A stretch of 61,734 bases of DNA, counting the filler, from Sphacelaria rigidula (Eukaryota), in assembly GCA_964200075.2 (NCBI GenBank). It is 7 parts of 7 records of this genome, joined end to end, with 100 filler letters (N's around TTAATTAATTAA, not from the genome) between each part and the next. Parts side by side here need not be neighbours in the genome. Positions count along the whole stretch, not along the records: positions 1 to 8,735 come from CAXNAA020010238.1; positions 8,836 to 17,569 come from CAXNAA020010239.1; 5 more parts are not named here. One strand, 5' to 3'. Below, piece after piece: positions 1 through 12,594 of the stretch. Within the stretch, counting starts at the first letter, position 1. Every line of letters starts with the position of its first letter. The translations under genes and the position numbers were made by a program. Under the pieces are notes generated by a model that did not search any database, was not told the origin of the DNA, and saw nothing but the letters and a program-made list of their open reading frames with translations.

Positions 1-1495
1 GCGCCAGTTTCTAATTTGAAGTTGTTGAAATTCGCCCAACTGTACTGAAGCGCCCGATTTATCGACTGTAACCTGCCCTATTAACCTCTGCGATCCCCCG
101 TACCCTTCGCCGCTGCCCCCGATCAATAATTTTCGCAGGATCATGCAGAAGACGTGCAAGACGCATCTCTTTTATGTGTCGATGCTCGGCGTGACATCAA
201 ATTGCGCAGAGTTGGCGATTTGTGTACGCCACGTACTGTCCCTCAAGGGGGAGAGCACGGATGGGGTAGCGGTGGTCTTGGAGCCTACCGAGACCCAGGA
301 TCCGGTGTTTGTTGTACCGTTGATTGCTGTTCAGCACAGCATGGTGTTTTTACTTTGGTTAGCCAGTTCCAAGTGCTCCCGGTGTTTTGCAGCTGATTTG
401 TTGATGCGGTAGGATTTGTTTTCCCGTGTTGATGGGCCATGAGCTATTCTTGGTGATTCCGTCGGCTCATGTTTCGAGTGCATTTTCGGAAATCTGATGC
501 GGTTGGCGAGAGTCACTGGCAAAATCGATTTGCTGAAGCTCATAGACGGGAGGCGCTTCATTGGCTTCGTGCAAGAGAATTTGTTATGATCCGCTGCCAT
601 CGGGGGTGAGATGATGGAACAGAAAACCCAGGGTCCCACCACGTTTCGCGACTTTTCTCGGCACGAAAAGGCGGGATATCAGCAGTCATATAACACGCGA
701 TGACTTGCGCTTTCAAAAACAACGACGGAAAACGCGGCGAAAGTTTTCAACGGAAACGTGATCTCAAGATATCCACGAGCCCCTAGTCCGCACGAACGGT
801 GGCATCAACCGCAATTGCGAATGAATTCGGGCACAACCTGGCTAAACCGTATCTTATACTCGAACCGCACGACTCCCTACTCTGGAGACCTCTTGAACGG
901 GGCATTCTTCCACAAATGTGCGCCTGTGGGCCAGCGCGCAACATTGTCCAACATTATTCTGCCATTCCATTCAGGCAACGGGTGGCGTGAATGTTGCCAA
1001 CATGCTACACCTGTAAACTTTTCGTGTCATCATCGGAACCGGCGCAGCGAGACAGTTATGAAAAAAACCTCACTCTCGATCGTACTTTCAACGTTCGATT
1101 TCACGGAAACACTGTTGGACTTACCGGCAGAATTTTGCACCAATGTGCGAGGTAAGGGTTTTGTCCATTAATGATGCAGAGACTCTCCGCCGCTGATAGC
1201 CATCCAAAGCTTACTCTCAATCGTATCATCCACTCTCAATCTCACGAAAACATTGTTGCTAGCGCCGTCATTCCCCGGGACTCCATCGCGACAGCTTTCG
1301 CCACGGCCGCGGACGCTTGGGTCAACTCCACCTCGGCGCTCGGCGCATGCCCATCATGCTTTCTGATCGCCTCAACCAATTGCGGTAGGATTATTATGCT
1401 CCCATCATGTTCCACACGAGCAAATACTCTCTGCACATGCTTCGGCACTTGTTGAGCCATTGGCACTACCTGGTGTGGCACAGCACCCCCTCCGT

Positions 1496-1526
<31 letters not shown>

Positions 1527-3289
1527 TGTTCCCACCGTGCGTTCTGCTACCCTGGTTTGCTGTTGTTGTCCCACTTGTTGTGTTGTTTTTGCCTCTACCG
1601 CCTACTGTCGGCTGTATTTTTCTCGCTTGCCATCGCATCGCATGTTGTCACGTGCACGCGTATTTTCCGCCCTCATGTTTTTTTCAACTTTGCTCCAATC
1701 TGATCGCACAGTGTTTGTTTTGTCATCTTCGCCTGCAATGTATCACCTTTGCCTGACCTACACCTGTTCACCCATAATATCACCGCTGTACCTAACCAGC
1801 AATGATCGTGATCCAGGCATTCTCCATTTTATTTCGGTATTTTTGTTGCATATGGAATTGGGACAATCAACCCACCATGATCAGTATGTATTTGGCATTT
1901 TTATTGTGGCCATGGGGATTTGTGAAATGCACGTGCGGTAAAGCTTCCAATTTTTTCGGTCTTGATTGATTTTCTTTCATCATGCATTTCAATATTTTCT
2001 GCATCTCCGGGTGTCGTGTCCTTATAACTTTCTTTTGAGCCACCCGATTGTATTGCGTGAATTACAATTTTGCGCCGCCGTCGTCTTGCTCTGTAGAGCT
2101 GCACGATTTTTTATTTCATGTTTTGGTAATTTTGTTTTTGTGTGTGGCGATCGTGATGTTTTTCTTTTGACCGTGCGGGGTGTAGGCTATCTGCTTGGCC
2201 TTGTCTGTTGCGCTGCCTGTACTCATCATGCTTGAGCAGGATTCCGCTTGTAATCGTTTCATCTATCTGGTTCGCAAGACCGAAACTTCGAATTTACCGC
2301 CCGGCACACGACATTTCGATTTGCGTCACGTGGTATAAAACCGAGCCATACTTTCATTGACTCCAAGACTTTCAACGCATACTGACCGTGCCCTCTATTA
2401 CTTCCTCCCTTGTTTCACCTACACTCTTGTCTTGGGTGTGTCGCATCCCGATGAGGGAGCCGGCGCTGAACGTGATTACTTTTGGGAGGACACGCAGAAA
2501 ACACTGAACGGTTTGCTCATGACGGTATGTTCCGGCGTGGAGTGTCAGCAATCTGGTTTGGTTTATCTAATCCCGTGTACCTTTTTATAGGATTCTGATG
2601 ACAGGGTTATTGCCTTCGTGTCACTATACGTGATCTCCATTTTTATCCCGCTCTGATGATCGATTTTATGGTTTGCTATTCAACAGGTTGACTTCTTGAC
2701 GCACCCTGTACCGTAGTTGACTACTACCCTGTCCCTTCCTGATACCGTAGTTGGATACTACTTTGTTCAGTTGCTTTAAAGTTGGCTTTCGATACCATGC
2801 GACCACAAATTTTTCCGTGCAATGTCTTGTCATTACTTATTATGCAGTACGCAGACTTAGTTTCCCTGCTTTATCTTCTTGCCCTTCATGCCCAGCGTAC
2901 GATGCAGGTTGACTGCGCGACTACGTACCGTGTCTTTGACAGTTCTTACAGACCCTACATATGGTTTTCAGGCACTCATTCCGCTGACGTGGTCGCTGAA
3001 CCCCCTCGGGGGGGGCGAAGCACGAGTTCCATATTTTTTGCTGGTTATTGTCTCGTGTGCTCACCCTTTGCCACAAAACAACGCGGCCTCCCACCTTAAG
3101 AACGTCGCATGATCAGAAAAGAAATGCACAAGCTTCGTGACCGAGGTGTTGCTCACCCAACTTTCCCCGGCAAAGTTTGTCGACTACACGATTTTTACTG
3201 CAGGGTCTCACAGGTTCCGTAGCCTGTTAATCGATAATACCGGCATACAACCAGCCAACTCCAAACGCAACGCAATTGCTCAGATGTCA

Positions 3290-3480
3290 CGTCCATACAG
3301 TCGAAAAACTACGTTCGTTTCTAAACCCACCGGGTACCTTGGACAGTTTGTCCAGGAGCATAGCATTCTAGTCGCCCCGCTGACCGATATTCTAAATAAG
3401 TAGGAAAGCCAACATTATTGCTGCACGATGTAGGTAAACGCGCGCTCTCCTTTTGCTGTCAAACTCATGTGCCGTACAAC
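3290..3480 (+). mobile_element. Ty3/gypsy pol remnant (RT thumb/connection)
   Basis: PTGYLGQFVQEHSILVAPLTDILNK resembles the gypsy G-Y-x-R-F...AAPLTDLL-K motif. Short and interrupted. Confidence 0.5.
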
Positions 3481-4111
3481 TGCAGCAAGACTTCACCACA
3501 ATCCGGTCGTCTCATGGTGGATCAGCTAGGATATGGCATACGAACTAGAGACTCGCCCAACGACCATCAAGTACAAGGTCTCCGTAGATTTGGTACAACG
3601 TACCTCATTATTATATTTTTATTCAGCATGCTTTGTCTATTATATTTTCGCCATGATTACGTCTACAGTTTCACAGGATTCGAGAACCTAGGGGGACGGC
3701 TGCTGAATAGGTTACAGAATTGTACAAATCTTGGCCCCAGAGAGAGTACGTTTCGCGCACACTCTTGCGCAATCGTACCCTACCCGACGACCCGACGCCA
3801 TGCCATCGTCTGACACGTTCCCCTTCGAGTTCTGAACTAGCCGTAAACATTACACACGTACCCCCGCTGTCTCGAAAGCAAGAAGTTCCTTCCATATCCA
3901 CCCACCCCATCCGAAACATCTCAAACCCGAGGTGTTTACGTCCCACCTTGAGGGGGACCAAACTGGAACGCTACACCCACATTCCACCTGATCCCTGAAT
4001 TTGTCCCCGTGTTGGACTGCATTGCCTGTATCTGTCACCATGTTGGATTGTCGAGATCTCTGCGTTGTTTCAGGCACTGACGGGTGGGGAAAAGGGAAAG
4101 GCTTCAAAAGA

Positions 4112-4830
4112 GGGGGGGGCGCGTACTCATTTGTTTAGAGCATCCAAGTAATTTCCTTAGCTGCTGTAATCTGCACTGTTCCCAACTTCTTCACCAACTT
4201 CACTGCATCCAAGTATTCTCTGAGCTGTTGCAATCTATACTGTTCCCAACATCTTCACTAATTTTATTGCATCTAAGTATTATTTTAGCTGCTGCCAGCT
4301 GCACTGTTTCCAATTTCTTCAGCAACTTCACCCCTTGCTTTGCCATGTCTAATGCTAGTATCAGGTCATCAAAGAATACCGCGAGTAAAGAGGGTGATAA
4401 CGTACATCCTGGTGCGACTCCTTGCAAAATATCGAAATATTTCGATATTTCCCTGTCTAGCATCATCGTACTTTTGGCACATTTCTGTCGTCTTCATCGT
4501 CCACACCTTTCCTTTGATCACAGTTCCTCATATATTTTCCCACAGCCTATTGCCCCATACTGCGTCATGAGCCTTCTGCACCTGTATCACCCCACAGTTT
4601 CTTCGACCCCGCCATCGCACTCGAAGCACCCCGCTTCCCCACGTAGTGATGCCCTGAAGCTTTTGCCCATAGGTGCTACCTCCTGGAAAGGCCATAGCAG
4701 TGCCGAGCTGAAGCACCACGTATATGACTATGGGAAATTCTTTCGGCGAGTACGATACGAAGATGGGGACAGGAAATAGCTTTCTCGCCGGGAACTCGAG
4801 CGCCCCAAGCTGGAACGGAGGAACCAAAGA
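4112..4830 (-). mobile_element. Internally deleted non-LTR retrotransposon (LINE) RT fragment ending in AACAAATGAGTACGC-poly(C)
   Basis: ORF 4200-4466 has SKYFDILQGVAPGCTLSPSLLAVFFDDL (RT QG-xxLSP motif) fused to KLETVQLAAAKIILRC. A second KLGTVQITAAK copy lies at about 4150-4200. Confidence 0.7.
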
Positions 4831-5123
4831 GAGACTGGAGCCATGGACGTTTACGTATAGCTGTTGTGTGATGTGGTATATGATATTATTGCGGGAGGAA
4901 TGCGGTGATGAAATAAGGGAATGAGTATATATCGCTGCTACCGTACGCTTCAGTCATGAATTTCGACTGGTCTTGTCTTTTTCTTTCGTCGCTTTGTTAT
5001 TGATTGCTCCCCATTTGGTAACATACGGGCACATGTGTGAGCCAAGGCGCGTGGGCTCTATTTCCAGTAGAATTGGTGTCGGTAGTTACAGAAGAGCACC
5101 CCTCAAAAGTTGCATTCCTGTAA

Positions 5124-5183
5124 CTATTGATCAGTTCGTGGAAAGGTTGTTTTCTATTGATCAGTTCGTGGAAAGGTTGTTTT
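5124..5183 (+). repeat. Perfect 30-bp tandem duplication (CTATTGATCAGTTCGTGGAAAGGTTGTTTT x2)
   Basis: Read directly from the sequence. Confidence 0.95.
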
Positions 5184-7505
5184 TAGCGAGGTTCAAGCCC
5201 CGCACTACCCCAGAATCTAGTGTAACTGATCCGGGGTGTCGACGCGCGATCACGCCAACTGGCCGATCGTTCTCCAGTCTGACTGAGATCCCGGGAGAAC
5301 GACAGCGACCGTACTTGCCTGATAATTCTGTCGTTGGAAAGGGCGTTATGGATTTTTTCCTTTGCTAACGGATGGAGTTTTCCCCTGCTTATCAGGGTTT
5401 ACCTATTCATTAGATCTGCAACGAGTTTTCCGCTGTACTGTAATTCAGCAGGTTTCTCTCGTTTTACTTTCAGGCGTATGATGCACAGGCTTTGTTTTCG
5501 TTCTGGCCCTTCCAGCCCTCCAATAGATTTTTGGTGAGCCATATAAATATGGCTAGGGGGTGTTACAGATTTATTGGCCATTTTCCAGTCGACTAGGTTC
5601 CGTGTGTCATACTTTGTAATGCTTGGTTGGTACCTGATGGGTCATACTACATTTTGTGATTGGATTGAGCAGCCTGCCCCCCCGTGTTACAGCGTTTTTG
5701 ACTATGCATCTCCACTAGCAAAGCACAAGTTAGCCTGTACGCCAATAATACAAGAGCATCTACGCCATCACATACTGCGATCTCAGAAGATTCTCTAGTC
5801 TTCACTAAATGTAAGCCTGACCTCCATGCAACACATGTTGTGCTGCCTCCGGCGACCACGGCATGTCACCTGACCACTGGGGCGGTGGCTGACTCTACAC
5901 TTGGCAACGTCGAGCTCAAATGGATTTGATACTAATGATTGTGTTTGGGGCCCGCTGGCCTGGTGCCCACTGAACTGGCACCACTTCCACCTCGGTGGTA
6001 AGTATTGAACCATGGCATTAGTGTTACGGCGGATATCGACTGTATATGTAGTAGGCGTTTTGCAGTATGCGTGGCAAGTGCAGTAGATCTTATTCCATTC
6101 GCATTTTGGTGTTATATTCCAATCGGGCGTCCTTGACCAGAGCCCACCGCCCTCACAACTTCCGCCACCCAGCAACTTCAGTTGTAGCTAACCAGTAGCT
6201 AAGCCTAATGACGGAGCTATCAGCCACCACTTGGAGAGACCTCGCTTGCAAGTAAGTCAAGAGCACCTCTTCTGCACGTGAAAGTGAGTCCCTGCTTGGC
6301 CTTGCGATGCAGTGCTTATCGGACTCGATGGTCTGCTACTCACGAGCTCAAGGGCCATTCCTCTCGACTGCGATTGTTCAATGTGGCCAGCCACTGACCT
6401 CGTGTCACCCCTCGCCGGGCGTGTTCTTTGAGAGTGACGCCAGTATCGCCTCGTGATCAGACCACGACATGGTGACCAATCGAGAATGTAAGCAGTACTG
6501 CATAGTCGCATCGCTGTAGAGCTGCACTGTTTCGTGTTGTGTCTGCGTACGGTGTACGCAGTAGTGCATAAATCGTGCTTTCTGTTCAGCGCGGGGTCTT
6601 CTGAGCAACGATCACGTGTTTAGGTACCAGAATCTTACATGCCTGTTGATTCCTCGAAGTGACCAGCAGGTGGGCAGACCGGAGCTGGGACACCTGGCTG
6701 CAGCGTATGCTTGCCACCTTCCGTGCTAACACGACAGCACCGGTACGTCCTATGATTCATCATTTCACGTGCACCCGCTTCCGTGTACGAGGACTGTTTT
6801 TTCACAATTTCAAAATTCGAAATTCACAAATTCCAGGTCGGGATCTTACAGTATCGTACGTTCGATCAATGTGCCCCATACAGTACCCACAGCGGGCACG
6901 CTGTGTACGAAGTGCTCCGTAGGCAGGAGGTAAGTGCTGTTGATCCACTCCTAGAGAGTGAAGTGTCCCGAGACTGAAAACGGCGAACATGCGTGCGCAA
7001 AGTACACATGGGCGGCGGTTGTTGGGGCTGTGCACCTGGTGGGATAGCGAGACGGTAACCCACGCTCATCATTCAGGTGTGTACTGAGACAGAAAACAGC
7101 TCCTGTTAGATCTGGTGCCCAGGTACCTACCATGTTGGCCAGGTAGATGTTAGCATGGTGTTTGCACCACATTAACCAGGTACGTGATCGCATGGTATTT
7201 GCACTGTACTGTGTGCTGTGGCAGCGTGTTTGCACTGTGCAACTTTGTACCAAACAGGAGTGCTCGAGCAGTTGTTCGGATCATCCTATGTGAGTCCGAA
7301 TGTGTTTCTTACCGACATACGGAGCTTCTATGCTGGAGTTATCCTGGCGGCGAAACCTGTTCAACGCCCGGTAAATGACGAATGGCCGCTAGTATGATTG
7401 ATTGATGTGCGGCATTGTGAAAAGTCATTGCGCGGGTCAAGTCGTATGGATTCGCTTCCGCTCCACGCCACAACATGTCGCCACTGCATTGTCATTGCGT
7501 CGCCA

Positions 7506-7635
7506 CTACATGGGATCGTCACAACACTGCATGGGACCATCACTACACTACATGGGACCATCACCACACTACATGAGACCATCACTACACTACATGGGAC
7601 CATCACTACACTTCAGAGGACCGTCACTACATGGG
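7506..7635 (+). repeat. 21-bp minisatellite, about 6 copies (CTACATGGGACCATCACTACA-like)
   Basis: Direct tandem repeat; it produces the LHGTITT repeats in the ORF track. Confidence 0.9.
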
Positions 7636-8627
7636 TTCCTTCACGGCGGGAAATCAGGGGCAACCAGTGCCGTTGATCGGCAGCAGTTGACACACCGATT
7701 GCAAAATACATTATATGCGTGGCTAACGCCTTGACGATTTTGTTTTGTTCACCCTGCTTCTACTGTAGCGTTGCGTTTGACTCTTCCCTTCACAGTTGAC
7801 CCATATTTTATTCTATTTTGTTTTATTTTATTCTATTCTATTTTTACCTACTTTTACGTCTTTATTTATTTTTGAAGTTTCGGAATTGTATACGAACATC
7901 GGCAGAGCGCGCACTAATACTACACCCCGCATCCGCCCCTGCCGCTTTTGCTGTTCGATTTGGCCCGCTCCTGTCGCCCTGAACGTGCCTGCGCAATGCC
8001 GCGAGTCATCCCATGATCGTTGGTATCGCATCATACCATGTTTATATCCTCTCCCGCTGGTATTTTTTGCTGTTGAGTTTTTTCTCTGTCGCTATCGACT
8101 GTTCTATACTGGTGATCCCTTTCGCTCATCGTCTGTATTTAGCAGTCATAGCCCACGGTGCACTATTATTGTAATTTCTCCTTTCACCGACTAAATCATG
8201 TTTTTCTTCCCCTTTTTGCCGTATGTTACCCCTTGAGTTTCCGCCGTTTGTCTCCTCTCTTTCTACAATTTCAGTTATATTCTCTACTCCCCGTGGCAAT
8301 TTTACTTTACAGTCACCTTCGCCGTGTGTTCTTGCTACCTTCATGTTGCAAGCGTACAGCCCCGCCCATCCATGGTGTTGTTTTTGCAAATGTTTTGCCA
8401 GAGCCATTGCCTGACGCACGAAATACACCCCAGGTACATTTGTCTTGAGAAACCTGCGATGGCAAACTCCAGGGACGACCACTAAGCGCAACGAAAGCCA
8501 ACTAGGGATAACGGGTGAGATAGGGCATCGACAGCGCCTCCATCAATCGTAGCCAATGGCGGTTTGCTAGACATCTGAGAAGATGGTGTAAGCATATATC
8601 GGGAAGGTTGTAGCGTAAGGTTAACAG

Positions 8628-8728
8628 GTGGGTGAATCGGAGAAACGGGAGCTGGTGGGCGTCCTGCTGGGCTCTGGACACTGGGCTGTTCTCCACGGAC
8701 CCGAAGCAGGTTCTGGTCATCAACAACG
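8628..8728 (+). CDS. Possible single exon of an unidentified gene (WVNRRNGSWWASCWALDTGLFSTDPKQVLVINN)
   Basis: Open frame between an AACAG acceptor and a GTGAGC donor, with GC-rich third positions. The contig ends just after it. Confidence 0.35.
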
Positions 8729-8735
8729 GTGAGCT

Positions 8736-8835
8736 NNNNNNNNNNNNNNNNNNNNNNNNNNNNNNNNNNNNNNNNNNNNTTAATTAATTAANNNNNNNNN
8801 NNNNNNNNNNNNNNNNNNNNNNNNNNNNNNNNNNN
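8736..8835. other. Artificial contig linker N44-TTAATTAATTAA-N44 (first of six; others 17570-17669, 26404-26503, 35238-35337, 44071-44170, 52903-53002)
   Basis: Six identical 100-bp linkers carry a 12-mer with stops in all six frames. Segment lengths fall monotonically from 8735 to 8732 bp. Confidence 0.97.
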
Positions 8836-11800
8836 TGGAAGTTGCCACCCGAAACATACGAACCATGGCCGAGAAAGGAACCAACGGCACAGGCCACGCA
8901 GAGGACCCGCTGCTCTTTGTATCCGACGACTGCGATTTCGTCGCCCTTCAATACACCGGTGGCGATGGAAGAGTAGCCTCCCACGCGCCACCAGCAGGAT
9001 ACATCGTACACTGCAGCGGTCAATGCAGAGGAGACGGGGGAAAATCGAGAGTGCTCGGATTTGTTCTTGCCATAAAGGAGTCTATCGCTAGCGCGCTAGG
9101 ACCAGAAGGCATTGCCCCCGAACACGTGAGTACAAGGATCCCTGAGGTACAAGTAGCTGTCAGGCATAGAGTTGCCACAACCTTCATCGTAGGGTATGCT
9201 CCTACTGAGACAGCACACGGCTCTGAAAAGACCAAGTGCTGGAAGACCTCTCAGTAGTTCCGTCGCTGAAGTGCCCACCAACAAGCACCTAGTACTCATG
9301 ACGGATGCCAATGCTCGTACCGGAAAGAGAGAAGGCGGGGGCATGGATAACGCTCGGGTATTTGGAGAGTACGACAGAGACACCCGGAGACAAAATGGTA
9401 GACGCCTATGGAAGTGCGCTGCGGAGCATGGAATGGCAATCAACAACACATGTTTTCGCACGCCAACTCGCGGGGAACTCTCGACCGCATACACGTATGC
9501 GGGGCCGAAGGTCGAACACCGCTGGCGCCTGGACCACATCCTGGTACGTCAGCAAGACCGCAAACTCGTCCAAAATGTCACCGTGCACCACGAGATGAAA
9601 TCGCAAATCGGACCATCGACTGGTCTCAGCCACCATCCGTCTCCTCGGACGGAGCGCACCCAGCCGCCTGCCAAAACCGGGAGGTGGAGTTAGCGGAGTG
9701 TGCTTCGACGGTAAAGCCTTGACATCCGAGCGACGCTGGAGAGCGACTGTCTCGCAGGCCGTTGTCGCTGAGCCCCCGAATGTCACCAACTTCTTCGAAG
9801 TACTGGGCGTCAACGACATAGCATCTACTTTTGCCAACGCCCTGCGAGAGGCGGCTGGGGGCACACTCCTTCGGTTCCCGAGGTTCTCCCCATCTAGAGG
9901 CTTGAGTTAGTCGCCACAGGCTCAGGATCGCTTCCAAAAAATGTGGGATTCCACGAAACGTGTACGGGAGAAACCACGCGCCAACCTCGAAGACCCTGTC
10001 CTGAAGAAGGCGCTGAAGGCGATGAACAAAACGTTCAGACGGGTGAAGGATGCTGAGGTGCAGAATTTCGTTCCCGAGTTCACCGACCGGACAGCAGAGT
10101 TTGCTCGCAAGAAGGATCAAGCAGGACTCTACCAGTATATTAAGTCCTTGGAGATTGGAAGAGGAGAAGGGAGTGCGGCTTACCCTACGTCAGGAGCGCG
10201 ATTGGCGACTTGTTGCGAGGCAAGCAAGCTATCCTGCAACGGTGGCAGGAGAGGTCTGAAACGCTTCTGAACGCAACCTCGCCTGCGATCGACCACTTCG
10301 TCATCGATCTCATCGAATAGATGCCGGGGCATGCACCGCTCGCGGCCGAGTTCTCGATGTAAAAAGTGAAGGAGGCAATGGGCAAGCTGGTGAGCGGCAA
10401 GGACGTTGGGGCGGACAACACCTGTGGTGAACTGTTGAAGCTCGCCCGCATCGAGGAAGGACTCTGCCATCGGGAAGCGCCTCTCAACCGTCGTGCTCAC
10501 CGTGTGGCGTCACGAAGTAGAGCTGCAGGAATGGAAAGCCACCATCATCGAGGCGCTACTCAAGAAACAGGACCCGCACAAATGCGGCAACTACCGCGGT
10601 ATTTCGCTAGGGTCCCACGCGGGCAAGGTAGTTCTCAAGATAGTAGCGAGTCTCCTCAGTGCCTGCTGCGAGTGGAAGGGATCCTTCCAGAAGCTCAATG
10701 CGGCTTTCGACCCAGCCGGTTGACAATCGACATGATGTAGGTTGTGCGCGGACTTCAAGAACTGGCCAGAGTGAAAAATCTTCCACCACTGTACATGAGG
10801 TTCGTCGACTCCCAAAATGCACTCGACTCAATGGGTCGCTCTCCTCTCCGGGAGGTGCTAGCACACTACCGTATCCCCGCCAAGATGATTTCCATCATCC
10901 GACAGTTCCACTACCGCTGCGGGCATGCGTACGCCTTGACAGCGGCGAGACGTCTGAGTGGTGTAACTTCAACCAGGGCCTCCACCAAGTATCCCACGTC
11001 CGAGTGGTGTAACTTTAGCTAGGGCCTCCACCAAGTATCCCCGCCAAGATGATTTCCATCATCCGCCAGTTCCACTGTAGCATGCGGGCATGTGTATGCC
11101 TTGACGGCGACGAGACGTCTCTGAGTGATGTAACTTTACTAGAGCCCCCACCAAGGCAGTGTGCTTTCCCCCGGTTTGTTCAACGGCTTCTCCGCGCTGA
11201 CGATGATGTTCGACCGCTTTTCGGTCAATGAAGGGCGGCGCAGGACTTCATCCGCATCGCTGAACGGGGCAGGAAGACCGAGAACGAAGTTAACAAGTGC
11301 TTTGGGCCATGCTATACGCCGACGACGCTGGCATCGCCTCGCAATCTCAAGTAAGCCCGGCAAAGATGATGACGAAGTATGTGCGGCACTCGGCCTCGTC
11401 ATGGTGAAGACGGTCATCATGCACCTGCACTCCCCGAACATGAAAGCGGATGTGGTCGAGGTGGAGACTGCGGGCGGAAGATACAAGTAAGTTGAGTCTT
11501 TTTCGTCTATATTTGCGCCAAAATCAGCAGCATCGAGGATGTTACTCCTGAGATCGAAAGCCGCATTGGCCAGGCCTGGTCGTACTTCTACGAGTACAGC
11601 AGAGAGGTCCACGACTACCCGAACATCGCCCTGGCCACCAAGGTTTGTCTCCTGAAGCCTGAGGTGATCGAGATAATGCAGTACGGCTGAGCGATCTGAA
11701 CGACCGCACACGACAATTTCGGCGCGGTACGGGAGGCCCATCGGGAATTCCTGCTGAGTTGCCTCAACCTGCATAACTCAAGGCGCAGCGCCCCTGACCA

Positions 11801-12260
11801 CCACACGCCGCCATACCGTAAGGTCCTTGAAAGAACTGGCTGCGAGTGTATTGAGGCCACCGTGATGAGGCGAATCCTCCTACACGCCGGCCACGTTGTG
11901 CGTATGCACGATGAGCGCCTCCCCAACATAGTCGTGCGTGGAGTGATGGTCGGAGGGAAGACGCAGGCAGGCCTACCAGCCATACCCCTACAACACTGTG
12001 TCACGGAATGCTGCTCCGACTTCGGAATAAACGCGCCATCGTGGACGCCGATTGCACAAGATGTTTCCGAATGGTACCGAGTCGTAGAGCAGGGAGCTAA
12101 GATGTGCATGGCAGCCTGGACCAAAGCACGCCATGCTAAGGAATTTTTTGCTGTGCTACCACTAGAGCACCCCCAGTGCCTATCGAGGACCTCCGAACGT
12201 CACCAGTAGCCCGTCGCATAGCACACTGGCTAGCGCATCTGCCGCCGTCCGAGCAGCCTT

Positions 12261-12594
12261 GGACACTTTCTACGATAGCGCCCCCCCCCAAAGTGGCTGG
12301 TTTAGGGGGGCAAAATCTACCCGTAAACCGCATTGAAAAAAGACAACACAACGAGCAGTTGGGAATTCCTACGCTTGGGTTCGTTTTCGCCAATGCGCTT
12401 GGGTCCGTTTTCGCCAATGCCGCCCATATGAGGCACTTCATGCAGCCTGAACCCAAACATCAGGCGTTGTATGACCATTTGGGGCTGGGTTTTTTTGGGG
12501 GGGGGCGTACTCATTTGTTGCTTGCCTTGGTCGTTTGACCATTGACCACGCGGGGCTGATTTTGGGGGGGCGGGGGCTATCGTAGAAAGTGTCC
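12261..12594. mobile_element. MITE with 19-bp perfect TIR GGACACTTTCTACGATAGC (PIF/Harbinger-like)
   Basis: TIRs at 12261-12279 and 12576-12594. Flanks are TT / TTA (near-TTA TSD). It interrupts the LINE 3' UTR, which is uninterrupted in the copy at about 27090-27130. Confidence 0.85.
12497..12551 (-). mobile_element. Short poly(C)-ended retroposed element (subfamily A) inserted in the MITE
   Basis: Body GCGTGGTCAATGGTCAAACGACCAAGGCAAGCAACAAATGAGTACG+C9, flanked by an imperfect GGGGCTG..TTTT-Gn duplication. Absent from the sister MITE at 26504-26700. Confidence 0.85.

Noticed and set aside
140-200. RAG1/Transib-like PSID..LH motif on the minus strand
   Set aside because: The spacing is wrong, it contains a stop, and there are no other supporting catalytic motifs.
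7506-7635. CRISPR array or LHGTITT repeat protein
   Set aside because: Contiguous 21-bp tandem units without unique spacers in a eukaryotic context; the ORFs are a by-product of the repeat.
8126-8491. BED-finger-like LAKHLQKQH
   Set aside because: The upstream CxxC and a transposase are not evident; too short to support.
8780-8791. TTAATTAATTAA as a recurring biological motif with about 8.8-kb periodicity
   Set aside because: It is an assembly linker inside N runs.
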